NCBI GenBank assembly: GCA_034780895.1
Contig: JAUZTB010000072.1
Coordinates: 19,713,240-19,776,260, forward strand
DNA: 63,021 bases
Direction of reading: 5' to 3'
Source: Rhynchobatus australiae
Lineage: Eukaryota
The notes beneath the pieces are model-generated. The model was not told the DNA's origin, searched no databases, and worked only from the letters and a program-made list of their open reading frames with translations. Positions within the stretch are counted from its first letter, which is position 1, and each line of letters begins with the position of its first letter. A program made the translations under genes and the position numbers. Below, piece after piece: positions 23,501 through 37,500 of this stretch.

Positions 23501-24049
23501 AGAGCCCAGCCCTTGTGACTTTCCATGAGAATGATAGAATGATAGCACAAAAAGAGACCATTTAGCATATCATTGTTCTGAATGGTCCTTGGGGCCAGAG
23601 TTAGTTGACATCTATAGTAAAACAAACCACATCAGATGAGTTTGGATATGATGGTTACTGACCCCTAGGAAGGATGAGGTTGGTAATTACAACAATGCCA
23701 ATATTTTATATATCCAAGGAACATCTAGACTTTTGTACTTAATCCTTGAAAATTACTTACACTTCTCTTTATTTAATTCCTTTGAATGTGTTTATGTTGT
23801 TTAAACTTCTGGCCACAACACTCTGCCTGCATATTGTAGTCCACTTTGATTGCCATTCTGCCTCGCCCCTATAGGAAACTGTGCGACTTTTAGCATTGGA
23901 AGGTCTGAGGGGTGATTGGATGATTTTTGGATCTGATTATTTGTCTCATTTCTCCTTCTGTGTTTAAGTAAAGGTTTGCAACAAGGGGACAGACCTTTGC
24001 TGTTTCAGTTCAAACAGAAACTTAGATATCATTGAATTGTCATGAGTGG

Positions 24050-24410
24050 ATTATAATAGTACAATGTTAAGTTACTGAACTAGCAGCCAAAGTTGATCCA
24101 AGGTCATGAGTTCATGGCGGCTGGCAAATGTAAAGTCAAGTAATCAAATAAATTCTGGAACTGAAACAACAGCTAGACTCAGTAATGGTAATTATGAAAA
24201 CACTGGATAGTCAGAAAATCCCACCTGGTTTGCTGATGTTCTTTGGGGAGAGAAATCTTCCATCCTTACTCAGTCGGGCCTGTGCGTGACTCTAGAGCCA
24301 CAAACTAGCTGGCTCTTAACATCCTCCTCAGTTCAAGGGCAATTAGGGATGGTCAATAAATGCAAACATTGCTGGCAATGTCCACGTGCCAAAAACAAAT
24401 AAATAAATCA
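24050..24410 (+). mobile_element. dispersed SINE-like repeat
   Basis: The sequence agtaatggtaattatgaaaacactggat..aaaatcccacctggtttgctgatgttctttgggga is shared with 3400-3580, 58400-58650 and, inverted, 48420-48790. Confidence 0.55.
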
Positions 24411-26729
24411 ATGGCAATTCAGTTTGCCTGTTGGCAAAGTTGGCCTTCTAAAAACCTTGATGAAGCTCACCTGCTATTTTGCCCCAGTGTGATTGAGTTT
24501 CTGAGTATGTTCATTACTGATCTGTGCATGTGAAAATCATCATCAGCCCTAGCCAGATTGCCACTGGAGGGGCAGAAGGGAAGTCCTTGTTGATATATAA
24601 CTTCTGCCAAAAAAACAGGTGTCGTGCAGGGCAACATTGGTGCTGATAGTTTTGGAGGAGTCCTTGTTCCCAGATCACCAATGCTCCTGTTGAGTGGAAT
24701 TGAATCTAAAAATTGGAGGGAGGGATGGNNNNNNNNNNNNNNNNNNNNNNNNNNNNNNNNNNNNNNNNNNNNNNNNNNNNNNNNNNNNNNNNNNNNNNNN
24801 NNNNNNNNNNNNNNNNNNNNNNNNNNNNNNNNNNNNNNNNNNNNNNNNNNNNNNNNNNNNNNNNNNNNNNNNNNNNNNNNNNNNNNNNNNNNNNNNNNNN
24901 NNNNNNNNNNNNNNNNNNNNNNNNNNNNNNNNNNNNNNNNNNNNNNNNNNNNNNNNNNNNNNNNNNNNNNNNNNNNNNNNNNNNNNNNNNNNNNNNNNNN
25001 NNNNNNNNNNNNNNNNNNNNNNNNNNNNNNNNNNNNNNNNNNNNNNNNNNNNNNNNNNNNNNNNNNNNNNNNNNNNNNNNNNNNNNNNNNNNNNNNNNNN
25101 NNNNNNNNNNNNNNNNNNNNNNNNNNNNNNNNNNNNNNNNNNNNNNNNNNNNNNNNNNNNNNNNNNNNNNNNNNNNNNNNNNNNNNNNNNNNNNNNNNNN
25201 NNNNNNNNNNNNNNNNNNNNNNNNNNNNNNNNNNNNNNNNNNNNNNNNNNNNNNNNCTGAATTCAGTCATAGACTGGAAGTGTACACTTCCTGGCTCTAA
25301 TCGTGTTAACTCTGATCCTTCTGCAGTGATCTTGAAGGATTATTGGAGCCAGACTGGATTATGATGAAGACCCAGAGTCCCATTGGGAACCTGATATTCT
25401 ATTGGGTATATTGGAACATGGCCTTGAACTATCTGAAGACCAAGATAAAATCAAGTCTGTGGCCTTCAGCACATTTCAATTTTAGTTTAGTTCAAATACC
25501 CTTCCATTCCTCCCCACTTCCCATGCAAGCTGTGGAAGGCAAGGTTGCACCACACTGTTGTAAGAGCTGATGTCATTCTGACACAGCCATATTTTAATGA
25601 GGATATCCCAGAAGGAATGCAGGCAGGACAGGATCTGCTATGAACTGCATGTAGTAAACAATGGATAGGCTGCACCTGACCTGTCTTTTATTTCACAAGG
25701 GTCCAGCAGAGATTGTACCGGTAAATCAGAAAACACAGCTTAAACTGCCTGATCCTTCTTTATATTATGTTGTAAGGGCAAGTCAGTATGCTGACAAAGC
25801 CTTTGTCAACAAACCTTTTATGGGATTTGTGGTCCTGATTCAGGGACCCAGAACCAGCATCAAAGATTCACAGTTCAAATATATAACATGGCCTGGATGC
25901 AAAGTAGAGTTGTTCTAGCTTTCCAGCACTGTGATTTTGTCCCAAACTTAAATTGTCCATATTCTACCAATGTGACATTAAACCATTTACCACACTGACT
26001 ATCAGAGTGAGGCTACAGGATGGGAATGCTCATTTAAAAAGTAGGGCTCTGTCCATTAGGAAGTAGAGTGAAAAGGCCCAGGGTAGGATATTTTATAATC
26101 AGTAGTCTATAACTGAATGACTGCAACCCTGACTATCAGCCTGGCCCACTCCTGCCAGTTTTCATCTTGATTATTGAAAATATTTTCCTCCCCCTTGGAT
26201 TGAATACAACACTTGCTGATGTCCAGTTGCCTCCCTCCCTGGAGCCTATTACTCCCTTGACCATGTGTGCCTGTTCGCTGTTGGATAAACCTCACCTGGG
26301 TTCACCATCATTATTTACCTGGTGGGAGGGGCAAAGTGGTAAAGAGAGAGGCACCTTTCTCAAGTGGCATTCAGATTTGTTTTCTTGCTATTATCTAGTA
26401 ACAATTAATTTTAAAGAAAGCAGCCTTTACTTCCTTAATTATCACAATCCATTGAAATTCCTGGCCATGCTAAAGTTCATTTGTTAAGAAATGATATCCA
26501 CTTATTGGTTAATAAAATATCTAATTATTTGTAAATAACTTCCAAGTTCAGAAGCACCTGCCTGGTATCAGGTGGGGTTCCTGGAGTTTCATGCTTCAAT
26601 TTTCATTGCATGTCAGTGGTTACAGGTGATATTGGAGAGCCAGCATAAAACATCCATTGTTCCTTGTAACTTCAGCACTGAGGCAAAAATAACACATTAT
26701 TTACAAAAAGGAAGGAAATAGTGGTAACA

Positions 26730-28325
26730 TAATATAGAAGCATAGGTGCCATTCAAGCCTGCTTCACCAATCAATACAATTATGATTCATCATTTATCTC
26801 AGTACCATATTCCCACTCTCTCCCTATGTCTCGTGACATCATTTATCTACTGTCGTTTAGCTATCTCCATCTTAAAACCATTCAGTGACTTGGCCTCTAC
26901 AGCCCTCATAATGAATTCCACAGGTTCATCACACCGTGCAGAAATTTCTCCCTATCTCAGTCCTAAATCTCTTCCCCTGAAATCTGAGATTGTGACCCCT
27001 TGTTCTCTGTACCACATCTGGTCTGTCCAGTCCTGTCTGAATTTTGTATATTTTCATTACATCCCATCTCATTCTTCTTAGCATAATGAATATAAATCCT
27101 AATCTTACCTCATATATTACACTCCAGCCATTCCAGGAATCAGTTCAGTGACTCTTTGCTACACCCTCTATGGTAAGTATATCCTTTGCTAGGTGATGAG
27201 ACCAAAGCAGCACCCAGTACCCCTTGTGGTCACATCAAGGCCCTGTAAATTATGGCAAGACATTCCAGCTCCTGTACTCAATTCCCCTTGTTTTGATCAT
27301 CCATTTGCCTTCTTAACTGCCTGCTACACCTGCATATTCACTCTCAGTGACCAGTGTGCACTTTGTACATTAACACCTCCCAATCTAAATAAAATAATAT
27401 GCTGCCTTTCTGCCTTTCCAAACGAAGTGGATAACTTCCATCTACCCTCTGCTGCATCTGCCATGTTTTTGCCCTCTGGATTAATATAAGTCACCTTAAA
27501 GCCTCTTTGCATTCTCCTCAGGATTCATATTCTTACATAGTTTAATGTCATCAGCAAACTTTGAAATGTTACATTTGGATCCCTCATTCAAATCATTGAC
27601 AAGTGTTACAGGCGACACAGTGACACCACTGCCTCACAGCTCCAGTGCCCCAGGTTCCATCCTGACCTCAGGTGCTGTCTGTTTGAAATTTACATGTTCT
27701 CCCAGTGAGCCCCTAAGTGCTCTGATTTCCTTCCATCTCCCAAAGATGTGATGATTGGTAGTAATTGGCTGCTGTCAGTTACCCTTAGTGTAGCTGAGTG
27801 GTAGGAAAATCAGGGAGAAGTAATGGGCATATGAGAAAGAATAGGTCACAGGGAAATCAGTGGAGGTATTGGATTGAAAGCTGAAAGCTGGCATAGACTT
27901 AATGGGACAANNNNCAAATAGCCTATATCACAAGGAAATATAACTATGAAATAGTTCAGCCCCAAGGTCTGATCCCAATGAAACTCAACTACTTACTTCC
28001 ACCCCACATAATGTCCATTCCAACTCTCTCTGTTCTGTCAACTAATTTTCAATCTATAAAGTATATTACCACCAAAACCATCTTCTTTACTTTAGCACAC
28101 TAACTTTTAGGTGGGACACTTCAAAAGATTTCTGTAAATCCAAATATGCCACCTCTACTAGTTCTCCCGTATCTGCTTTCAAACATAACTCCAATTGGTT
28201 TGTTAAACACAATTTCCCTTTCAGAAATCCATGTTGACGTGTCAAATCCCATTGATAATTGCAAAGTATCCTGTTATCTCATCGTTCGTATTGGCCTCTC
28301 ATACTTTCCCCATTACTGACAATGA
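26730..28325 (-). mobile_element. decayed CR1-type LINE fragment with nested SINE
   Basis: tgtcatcagcaaactt (- strand KFADD), ttccctttcagaaatccatgttgac (- strand QHGF.KG) and a CR1 3' end near 26730-26960. Confidence 0.7.
27605..27940 (+). mobile_element. HE1/V-SINE-like SINE inserted in CR1 fragment
   Basis: It has a tRNA-like head ctgcctcacagctccagtgccccaggttccatcctgacctcaggtgctgtctg and the same body as 8195-8480. Confidence 0.75.
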
Positions 28326-31300
28326 GTCACCCTCCCAGCCTTTAACTGTCTGAGCCATTAAACTAATGGGTTAGCATGCATGGTATTGTTTACATTATGA
28401 TGGCTTGCTTTTTCTGAACTCCCTAAAACCTTGGTGTTTTCTCCCATGAGCCAGCCCACAAAGGGGCACTACCAATGCACTAGTTCACTGTGAGGTTTTC
28501 CTGTCTTAGCAGACCCATGAATTACCCAGTTTGGAATGACTGCATGCATGCAAATGGCTGATGTTACAGGCTAAAATCAGAATTGTTGATAGTTTTTAAA
28601 GCTGCATTATATTATAGAAAAGTATTGTTTTTTACCCAGCAAATTACCAAAAAGAATGTTTCTGTCTGCCACCTTCAACAGCACCACAAAACCCCTGCTC
28701 CAACCCACCACTCTACTTAACTTTACTTTGGGTTCTGACTTGCACACCTCAGAAGTTTTCAACAGCAGCTGCAGGGGCTTGCCCTCATATTGATTCACAT
28801 TAGTGTCCTGGTGGGTACTAGAGCAACATTTTGAAAGACCCACCAAATTGAAAGTATTAATGATTACACAGCACAACAATGCCATGCATCTCTCACGCAT
28901 CTTTAGTATAACAAGATGACCCAAGGCACAGGAGCATTTTCAGGCAAAATTTGACACCACTAACCAATATAACTACAGCCTCCAAGAGAACGAGCCAGGA
29001 TTTTTCCAAAGAGCTGCCAACCTACTGTTAATTGCCACAGCAATAAGTGTATAATTGATCTCTACTGTAATCATTTAGAACCACTTACCCAGATAACGTG
29101 GTTAAGCAATGGCCTTTAAAGGTCAGGGCAGATTAAACTTGGCTTCATTTTAGCAACTATGAGCAATTCTACTGGAGTTCAGTCTGATCCACTTTGACTG
29201 TTGGGAGCGCAACAGACGAGCTCCTTTTTTATAAACATATTACTGCTTGTCCACCTCAACCACTGACACAGTTTAGAAAGCGTCATTCATTCTCTTCAAC
29301 TAGTACTGCTCATTCTTAATCAGCACGAATGGGATGCAACACTGTTCCATGAAGTGTTCATTGATTCAGTTGTCTTCACCATAATGATTTTTTTTACTTT
29401 GATTCCACTAGTATTGATACTGCCATGAATATTGCTTTCTGAAATGTCCTATTATTTCTCTTGTCCTCCATAAAACCCTTTTGTACCTACATCCTTATTC
29501 AGTTGAAATTAAGGGGTAGCTTCAGCTAAATCTAATGAGNNNNNNNNNNNNNNNNNNNNNNNNNNNNNNNNNNNNNNNNNNNNNNNNNNNNNNNNNNNNN
29601 NNNNNNNNNNNNNNNNNNNNNNNNNNNNNNNNNNNNNNNTCTAATGAGATGGGGTCAGATTGTTTGCTGCTTTCCTGTAAGCAAGAGTTAGATTAAAATG
29701 ACTCTCCCTAACACTTGTTACATCATTTTTCTTCCTACCTTCTCTAAATTCTCTCACTTTCTCCATGGTCCTATAACCTACAGACAGTTGAAACCCATTT
29801 GTTTTGACTCTCCCCACCCTCCCCTAAACAGAAGAAGCTATTGTCTGTACTTCACCTAAGGATGTGCCTATTTAGTTCTGTTCATCACAAAATCATGAGC
29901 AATAAACTTGGCACAACCCTAGCAGCTGACTGTCACGACCCTGTTCTTGGCCTACACAACCTATGAGAAATGTCACGATTGCACAGCTAATTGACTTCAC
30001 TTCTTGATTAAACCCAACTTTCCTCCTAGTTCATTACTCGTCTCTAACAGCAGGGGCCTTAGCCTGTGAACACTAAAAACGGCCTGTTGACGCTTATCAG
30101 TAGACTTCTGCATGCACTATTTCTTTTATATAATAGATTGCAGCTTTAAACAAGTGATTTGAAAGATTGCTCAAAGTACACAATATTATAGTAGTTCATC
30201 ATCTTATTTGGATCACATAAGTTGTGATTAAATGATACTGCTCAGAAATATTAATGGGACAACACGATTTCTATTGATGTGGAATCAATAGTGTGTGATG
30301 TGCAGAAATATATAATCATATTATGTCATGTGTGAGCTGGGCTGTTGCTGTGGATTTTCAGTCTTGTTGCATCTCTACACTGCCACTAATATTTTTAAGT
30401 GCCTGCAGCCATGATGTTTACTGAATGCACATTGGGGGTGGGGGAGAGTAGTTACTGTAAAGTCCTGGGTCATATTGGGGAGGAGTTGCCTGTGTGGCAA
30501 TATCCTGTGGAGGTTATTTTCTAGATACACTTATGGAGCCATAAAACACACTGAATGATACAACCCTTCTGCTCTTATTGCTGTAACCCATGCCAAATGG
30601 CATCCGAGGCCCTGAACATGCTAAGACGTCTAGCCTGTGTTTGAGGCTTATGAATTGAATGAAATGTATGAATTTGAACTAAATTTAAAGGTTGTGCTAA
30701 GACCCAGGCCCATCGTTTGTGGAGAAATTTGTCTTTGATTCCCAGTACCAACTGTATATAAGAATGTTGGCCACCAACTGCATTCCACTTAACTCAATGG
30801 AACCAAATATGTGGAGGCAAGAATGATGGAATACTAATACCCTTATGCGTGTTCAGCACAGGCAGTCTCAAGATTACCAGGGATTGCTGGATCTCATAAT
30901 TCTGTTCAATGGGAGTCAGCAAATTGCCACAGCTGATGATACATACCAGTGAGAAAATAGGCTTTCCTACTGCAGAGTGTGGAAATGGAAGTACTTTAAA
31001 TACTAGCTCGTTGCCCCATTTGGAACAAAAATCACAGCACAACAGTAGAGAGCTGTGTACTATCTCCCTCAGTGAAAAGACTTCCAACATTTATGAGTTG
31101 TGGCTGTCACCATAAGTAATGAGCAATGATTATGCACTGCTCTGAATTTAAACCTGTAAGAGATAAGTTGCACCAAACATGGATCTTTGTGCGACAGGGA
31201 CTCCTGCTGGGAATTTATGTATGGACACTTGGGTCCAAGTGTTCTTCTGTCCACTAGTAGCTGAGCTCCATGCCTGTTTTCAAACCTGTAATGTGAATCT

Positions 31301-34300
31301 ATACATTGGAAAGACTGAATTGTAATACTGCAGTATCATCCCTGATCTAGATTGTTGTCTGAATGTGCAAAACACACATAAAAGATAGACTTCTGCCACC
31401 AGGGAAAACATGCACAGTTGGTCTAACACCTTTTTGCTGGAAACTTGTGTTTACCAGTTTTGCACCTTCATTTTCAAATACAAATGATTGGCAGGCTTGA
31501 AAGATCAATTCAATTCTGATAAGTTACTACATTATAGCACTAACAACAAGTCACTAAATCATTAATTGCCAACACATACATATATAATGACTGGAGTCAG
31601 CTGAGTGTCAATAAAATTCATTGTTTTTCCTCATGTTAGTACTCTACCACATGGTTAGTTTATTTGTTCAGAGCCACTTACTTGCTTGCTTTAAATGGGT
31701 CAAGTCAATTGTGAAATGGCATACAAAATATTTTTTTTCTGAATGCATTGATAGTTGGTGCAATGTTACAATCACAGTGGAATTTCCAGGCTCTTGGGGT
31801 TGACTGAATTGTTAAATAAGGTCTTGAATTAATGAACAAACCTGAGCAACTTGNNNNNNNNNNNNNNNNNNNNNNNNNNNNNNNNNNNNNNNNNNNNNNN
31901 NNNNNNNNNNNNNNNNNNNNNNNNNNNNNNNNNNNNNNNNNNNNNNNNNNNNNACAAACCTGAGCAACTTGATAGTCCATTTTGGGGAAAAGTTGGCAAC
32001 TGCTTGTTGCAGGCTAAGATACAGGGCTTTAGTGGGGGAGTGGGCAGTAAGAAAACTTCATGATTCCTCTACTAAAGAGCTGGCAGAGGTTTGTTGCTTG
32101 TGCTAGTGTCACAAGGAGTGATTTCAAGCCCTTGAAGACTGCATTATTCAAGAATCTTGTTGTCTATTCAGCTGATTTAATTTGCAACAAATTAACTTAA
32201 TCAGTTGCTCGAGGTCAGTGTTGGATGAAGCAGCTGTCTTTTGGACATGTAAATTGAACCAGATCATTCTTGTCTGCTGCCCCTAGCATGAGTTTGAAAT
32301 TTTAACTGGTTATGATAAGTTAAAGTTGAAGTCCAGTTGAAGGCACAACTGGACAATTGTGACTTGAGGAAAGGTTTTACTCCAATCCCAGTATCCTTTT
32401 GCTGACTCATTTTCTGTTCTTGTCAAAGACCAATTTCATCCCTTCCAAGTTTTAATCAATAACTTGGCACATTATGATTTATTGCAATATAGCAATTATA
32501 CTTCATCAATTCCAAATTTTCTGTGTATTCAGAGGATAATTCCTTGCTTAATGGTTGTCCGCCTGACACAACTAAGCTATAGCATGGGTTTCCTTGTATT
32601 AAAGACCGACCCTTTGCTATCTCATCTTCAGTTCTCCTTCCTTCTCTTCCTCTTCTCCACAAGGATTGTGTCTATACATTTCAAACCCTGTGAAGAGGCA
32701 AGCTTCCACTTCTAGCTCAGTATTTGAGGACTGTATTAAAAAGGAAAACTGTGTGAGGATGTTTGAGTTCCTCAGAAAACCTTGAGAGAATTGGTACATT
32801 GAGAGAATTTTGAAACTAAAAGCTTTGAAGACAGCATAATTACCCCTCGGCCCAGAAGACCAACCAGTGGGGAGGAAGAAACTAGCCTGCTCAAGATAAT
32901 CTCTTCTCACAGATCAAGGAACAGTAAGAGGTCATTCATCCCTCAAGCCTGTTCCATCACTCATCTAGATAATGCCTCAACTATATCGATCCACCTTTGC
33001 TCCATATCCCTGATGCTTTTACCAGACATAAAAAAAGTGAACAAATTCAGCCTTGAAAGCCTTCATTTTTGCCACTATCCAAATCCTTTTTGATGAACCA
33101 CCAATAATCTGTATTGTGAAAACATCTTCACTCATTTCCTGACTGAATGGCCTCTTTGAAAATGTGACTTTAAACCACCATGTCTAATGCATAGCCTGGG
33201 ATTTGAAAGAGAGTTTGGGAACATCCTAATAATTTGCCCTCAAAGTGCTGCTATCCAACCAGAAAAGAATCAGTGGTTACAAGTGAACTTCAAAATACTG
33301 ATAACCCGCAATGCTCCAGTGAGTGCAATTTCAACTAAATATAATGAACCACTTCAGATTCTTGTTATCTACCTCTTAACCAACAGTAGCTGATGGCTAA
33401 TATAGATTCTTGGGAAAGGAAATCAAGAAGACAACACAAGAGAAAACTCAGCAAAGTTTTGAAGATAATATCAGGACACCACACCATGGCCTTATCGCGA
33501 TTAAGACACTGCCCCCTGCATAGTGACCAAGCAATTTAGCCTATGACTATCAGTTCTAGGAATACTGGTGGAAGGTTAGCCATTCTGGTTGAGCAGTCAG
33601 TGCACTGATGCTACTGCAGTCTGAATCCCGGAAACTATTTCAAGGTACGCCAGGTCCCATGGGCAGTTCACTTAATTGCTTAAGTGTCAACAACACCTGT
33701 CTCTATGTAGAGCTCCATGAATCCTTGCTTTGAAAGGCTTGGTCAAATCAGAACTATTAAAATACTGGAAGGGTAAAAATTATGGAGATATGGGAAAGAG
33801 TAAAAAAAGTGAGGCAAAGTTAATTGCTGTTTGAAAGAGCTGGTACACAGTCAATGGACCGAGTGATCCTGAGAAAATGAGCTTTGGAGCGATGAGGAAA
33901 AGCAGTATGGTGTGAAAAGCAACTACGTCCTCTCATGTTTGAAGATTGAGGAGAAATTTTAGTTTGTGTTTGGAATCAATCACTCTAGCTAATCACCTCC
34001 CTGAAGAAGTTAAATCTATAACATCTAAAATGTAGGTTAAGCAGAAGAACTGGGGTTCTGGGGGAATTGCTGTGTTACCTAATGNNNNNNNNNNNNNNNN
34101 NNNNNNNNNNNNNNNNNNNNNNNNNNNNNNNNNNNNNNNNNNNNNNNNNNNNNNNNNNNNNNNNNNNNNNNNNNNNNNNNNNNNNNNNNNNNNNNNNNNN
34201 NNNNNNNNNNNNGATGCTGTATTCCTTGGGGATTCTTAATCCTTTCAATCCTTCCATTGCATCTGACAAATATGTTGGCTGGTTAGAACAGTGGAGATGT

Positions 34301-34339
34301 TCCATTTGTTCCAACTACAAATTCACCTAATTTTTTGGT

Positions 34340-34535
34340 GTACATAGAACAGGACAACACAGGAACAGGCCCTTTGGCCCATGATGTTTGTGCCAACCGT
34401 GCCTGCACATGGTCTACATCCCTCCATTCCCTGTCTGTTCATGTGCCTCTTTAAATACCTCTTAAACATTACTATTATATCTGTTCCCACCACTTCCCCC
34501 AGCAGCATGTTCCAGGTACCTGCCATTCTATGTGT
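34340..34535 (-). mobile_element. CR1-type LINE 3' end
   Basis: The - strand reads WNMLLGEVVGTDIIVMFKRYLKRHM plus a 3'UTR matching 10430-10615. Confidence 0.75.
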
Positions 34536-37500
34536 AGCTCTGGGTGGATAAATGGTGATCCATTAAACCAGCAAAATAATTCATGATGAGCTACACCTCA
34601 GCTAGAGATACTTGTACTGGCAGTGCCATGTGATAACTATGTCTCAACATTTGCCCAGGAAGAAAATTTGGGGCAGAACTCTGTAATCTTTCAGAGAAAT
34701 AGAGAACTTAAAATCTGAACTATCTTCCAACAGGAAGCCAGATCTTTAAGTTGAACCATTCATCTCCAGAGCATAAGGTTGCAATGTGTTTCCATATAAT
34801 TTGGGATCCTCCAGCTCAGCTGTGCGTTGTGTTGCCAATATCGCATATTTTTCTTGATTCCCAAAGTGACCGTTTGGCAAAGGAGAAGAACACATTGTTC
34901 AATATTGACTGGAAAAACAAATTCATTGACATTCTTAGTTAATTCTTCCTTGGTAAGAAAAAGCCAAGTTATCTCAAAAAGTGAGGTTCGTTTAGTCACC
35001 TAGGCTTATTTAATGAAGAGCTTGTTCCATTTGTCCCCACCTGAAATATTCCTTAATATTGACATGTTTACTCTCGGCTGTGATTACCTGTTCTATTTCT
35101 TTCTTCAATTGCTTCTGATGCTTGTATCCCACTGCAACCTACCCGCCCACCTTCCCCCCGAAGCTCCCTCACCTCATCCATAATTAAACACTGGGATGTT
35201 TTTTTAGGTTAAAAAAAAGGTGAAGTCTGTTGGGATAAGACCATAAGCAGGAGAGGTTTTTATTTTATTAGCTCAAAAAGTTTGTTTAAAAAGCTGAAAT
35301 ATTTTCTAACATAACCCTGGACCTGGACCACATCCGCCTGTTTCCAACTGGACCTCGAGCTACTTCTGGCCTAAAACATCCAGCTGTAGATGATTTCTGT
35401 CCTTACAANNNNNNNNNNATTTTGAAATCTTACCACACAGAAGAAACAAAAATGGTCCAGTGATAGTACATTGCTCAATACCTCTTGAGATCCTTTAATG
35501 TCCATTTACTTATGGGCACCGTCCCGCCATTTTCTGATCTCCTTTCCCCACATTGCCTCCAAACTCTTACTCGATTACAACAATATGTAACAACTGTGCT
35601 TCATATACTGTTGCATCTCCTTGCCCTCTTGTAATGATGAGCCAAACCTGACAGGCTTGTCATCTCAAATTAAGTGGATAAAGTCCTGTAGTACCTCAGC
35701 AGTAAGTCAGCACAAATGAGAGAAAGTTTGAAAAGGAAAAAAGGGAAGAGAAAGTGTGGGGTGGGGTTAGAGAGATGGCAATAAGAACTAGTTACTGGAG
35801 ATAAATGCATTAATTGCCAATACGTCACCAACTAGTCACACAGTGAAAGATGTACATTGACGATACCTGGGGAAAAAATTAATATTGGAGGATATTCATT
35901 GTGGGTTTACACGTGGATAATAGATGCTTTTCACTCCAAGTTTAGTGGACCCTGAGCTTCCTTTAATCAATAGAGCCCCATGTGTGAAAGCCCTATACCT
36001 ACACGAAAGCAAATGAACAAGGCTGAGATTCGGCCACTTTAAGATCGCAGTCTGAATTGCACAACAAAGTTAAAGCTGCAGCTGATATCTGGTGATGCAG
36101 TTTCTCATAACACTGACAGTCCCTCACAATTGAACCTGTCAGTGTGTAGATAGACATGGCAGTCTGCCAACTTTTTTAAAGTGGTATTGGATCAAAGTGA
36201 ACCCAGAAAGGAAGGTGAAAATCTTTACTTGGGTGTTACTGAGTCACATTATGGAGATTACCATTCACATCTGGGATTATGAAAACCTTGTTTGTGAAAT
36301 AATTGTTTGGTGTCCCCCTCACTGAAAGGTTGGCTCAGTGTGTTGAGGCTGGGTCCAAGTTGGGCTACAGTGTTAGAAAATCTAGTTTCAAATCTAGAGC
36401 CTTGGAATCAGCCTCCAAGTGAAAGCTGAATATTCGGATGGAATTTAGCAAGAACAAAGCCATTAATGCGTTGTATGCCATTAACATGTGCTTTATTTGC
36501 CTTTGGCCTGGAAATTGCTGTGATTGATGCATTCAAATCAAATTTCTTTCACTGTAAATAAATTGTGGGTGTATGTTATGTAAAAACACTGACACCTCCA
36601 TTAAATGAGAAAGAGTGGCGTTTTGACACAGAAGAGTAAAACGGCCTTCAATATCCTCACTGTACTTTAGTTAAATTGGTTTGTGCTGGTGGATTCACCA
36701 GGACAGATGATTGGGAAAGGAGTAAACTGGTGGGCTATAAAAATTGAGCTAACCATTAGCAATTCATCATCCTTCAGTAGCCTTGCCCATTCCTTTGCTG
36801 TGCTGTGACCTGTTCCTTCACAAGTGTCATCCACACAGAAATTCAAAGAAAATTTCCTTTAAAATTAATTCTTCAGATTAGATAAGTAAAGCTTTAAATC
36901 CAACACAGCTTGTTTTCTGGACAACGTTACAACAAAGAACTATTTCATGGGGTTGTGTGGAACCTGGGTTTTATTCTTCCAGATTGGTGAAATGAAAGAC
37001 CCGTTCTCTCCCCAAATGGTGTGACACAATGCAGACATTTTCAAATTTCAGAATCTCAAAATTTCAAGAAACACATATATAATATTGTTAGCCAAATGTG
37101 ATGTTGATAACCAATTCTTTAGAAATATCACTGCCATTATTTTGATAAAGGTACCAACCCAATGTGTTTGTGCCTTTCCTAAACCAAGAGGCAGAGAGAT
37201 TCATCAAAGCACATTATTATTGGCTCATTTTCAGCAGTTATAGATATAATCAGGGTCTGGTATACCCAGAATAAGCTGGAAAATGAAGATCCCACACAGA
37301 TTCAGTTCCACAAATCACTGTTAATTCATGTCAACCATATGACCTTTTTAGCAATGGATAGCACTGATCCCAATCAGCTCTGGTTCCTGTTTTGACTCAC
37401 TCGGCAGCAGCTGCAGTCACGAGGAACTAACCCCATCCAAGAGCCAATTCTTTGTGTCAAGTCTCTGCCTAATCAGAGACTAAGCTTGAATAAACAAGTT

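Noticed and set aside
23839-23875. tgtAG|T CCA CTT as the missing SPL(V/M)DHR exon
   Set aside because: It reads S-P-L then TGA, with no further similarity and no donor at +31.
24467-25364. Long ORFs (188-267 aa) in the ORF track, also those at 52315-52875 and 53345-53951
   Set aside because: They are open only because they run through N gaps or low-complexity CA/TA sequence.
27610-27680. tRNA gene
   Set aside because: It is the decayed tRNA-derived head of a SINE and has no intact cloverleaf.
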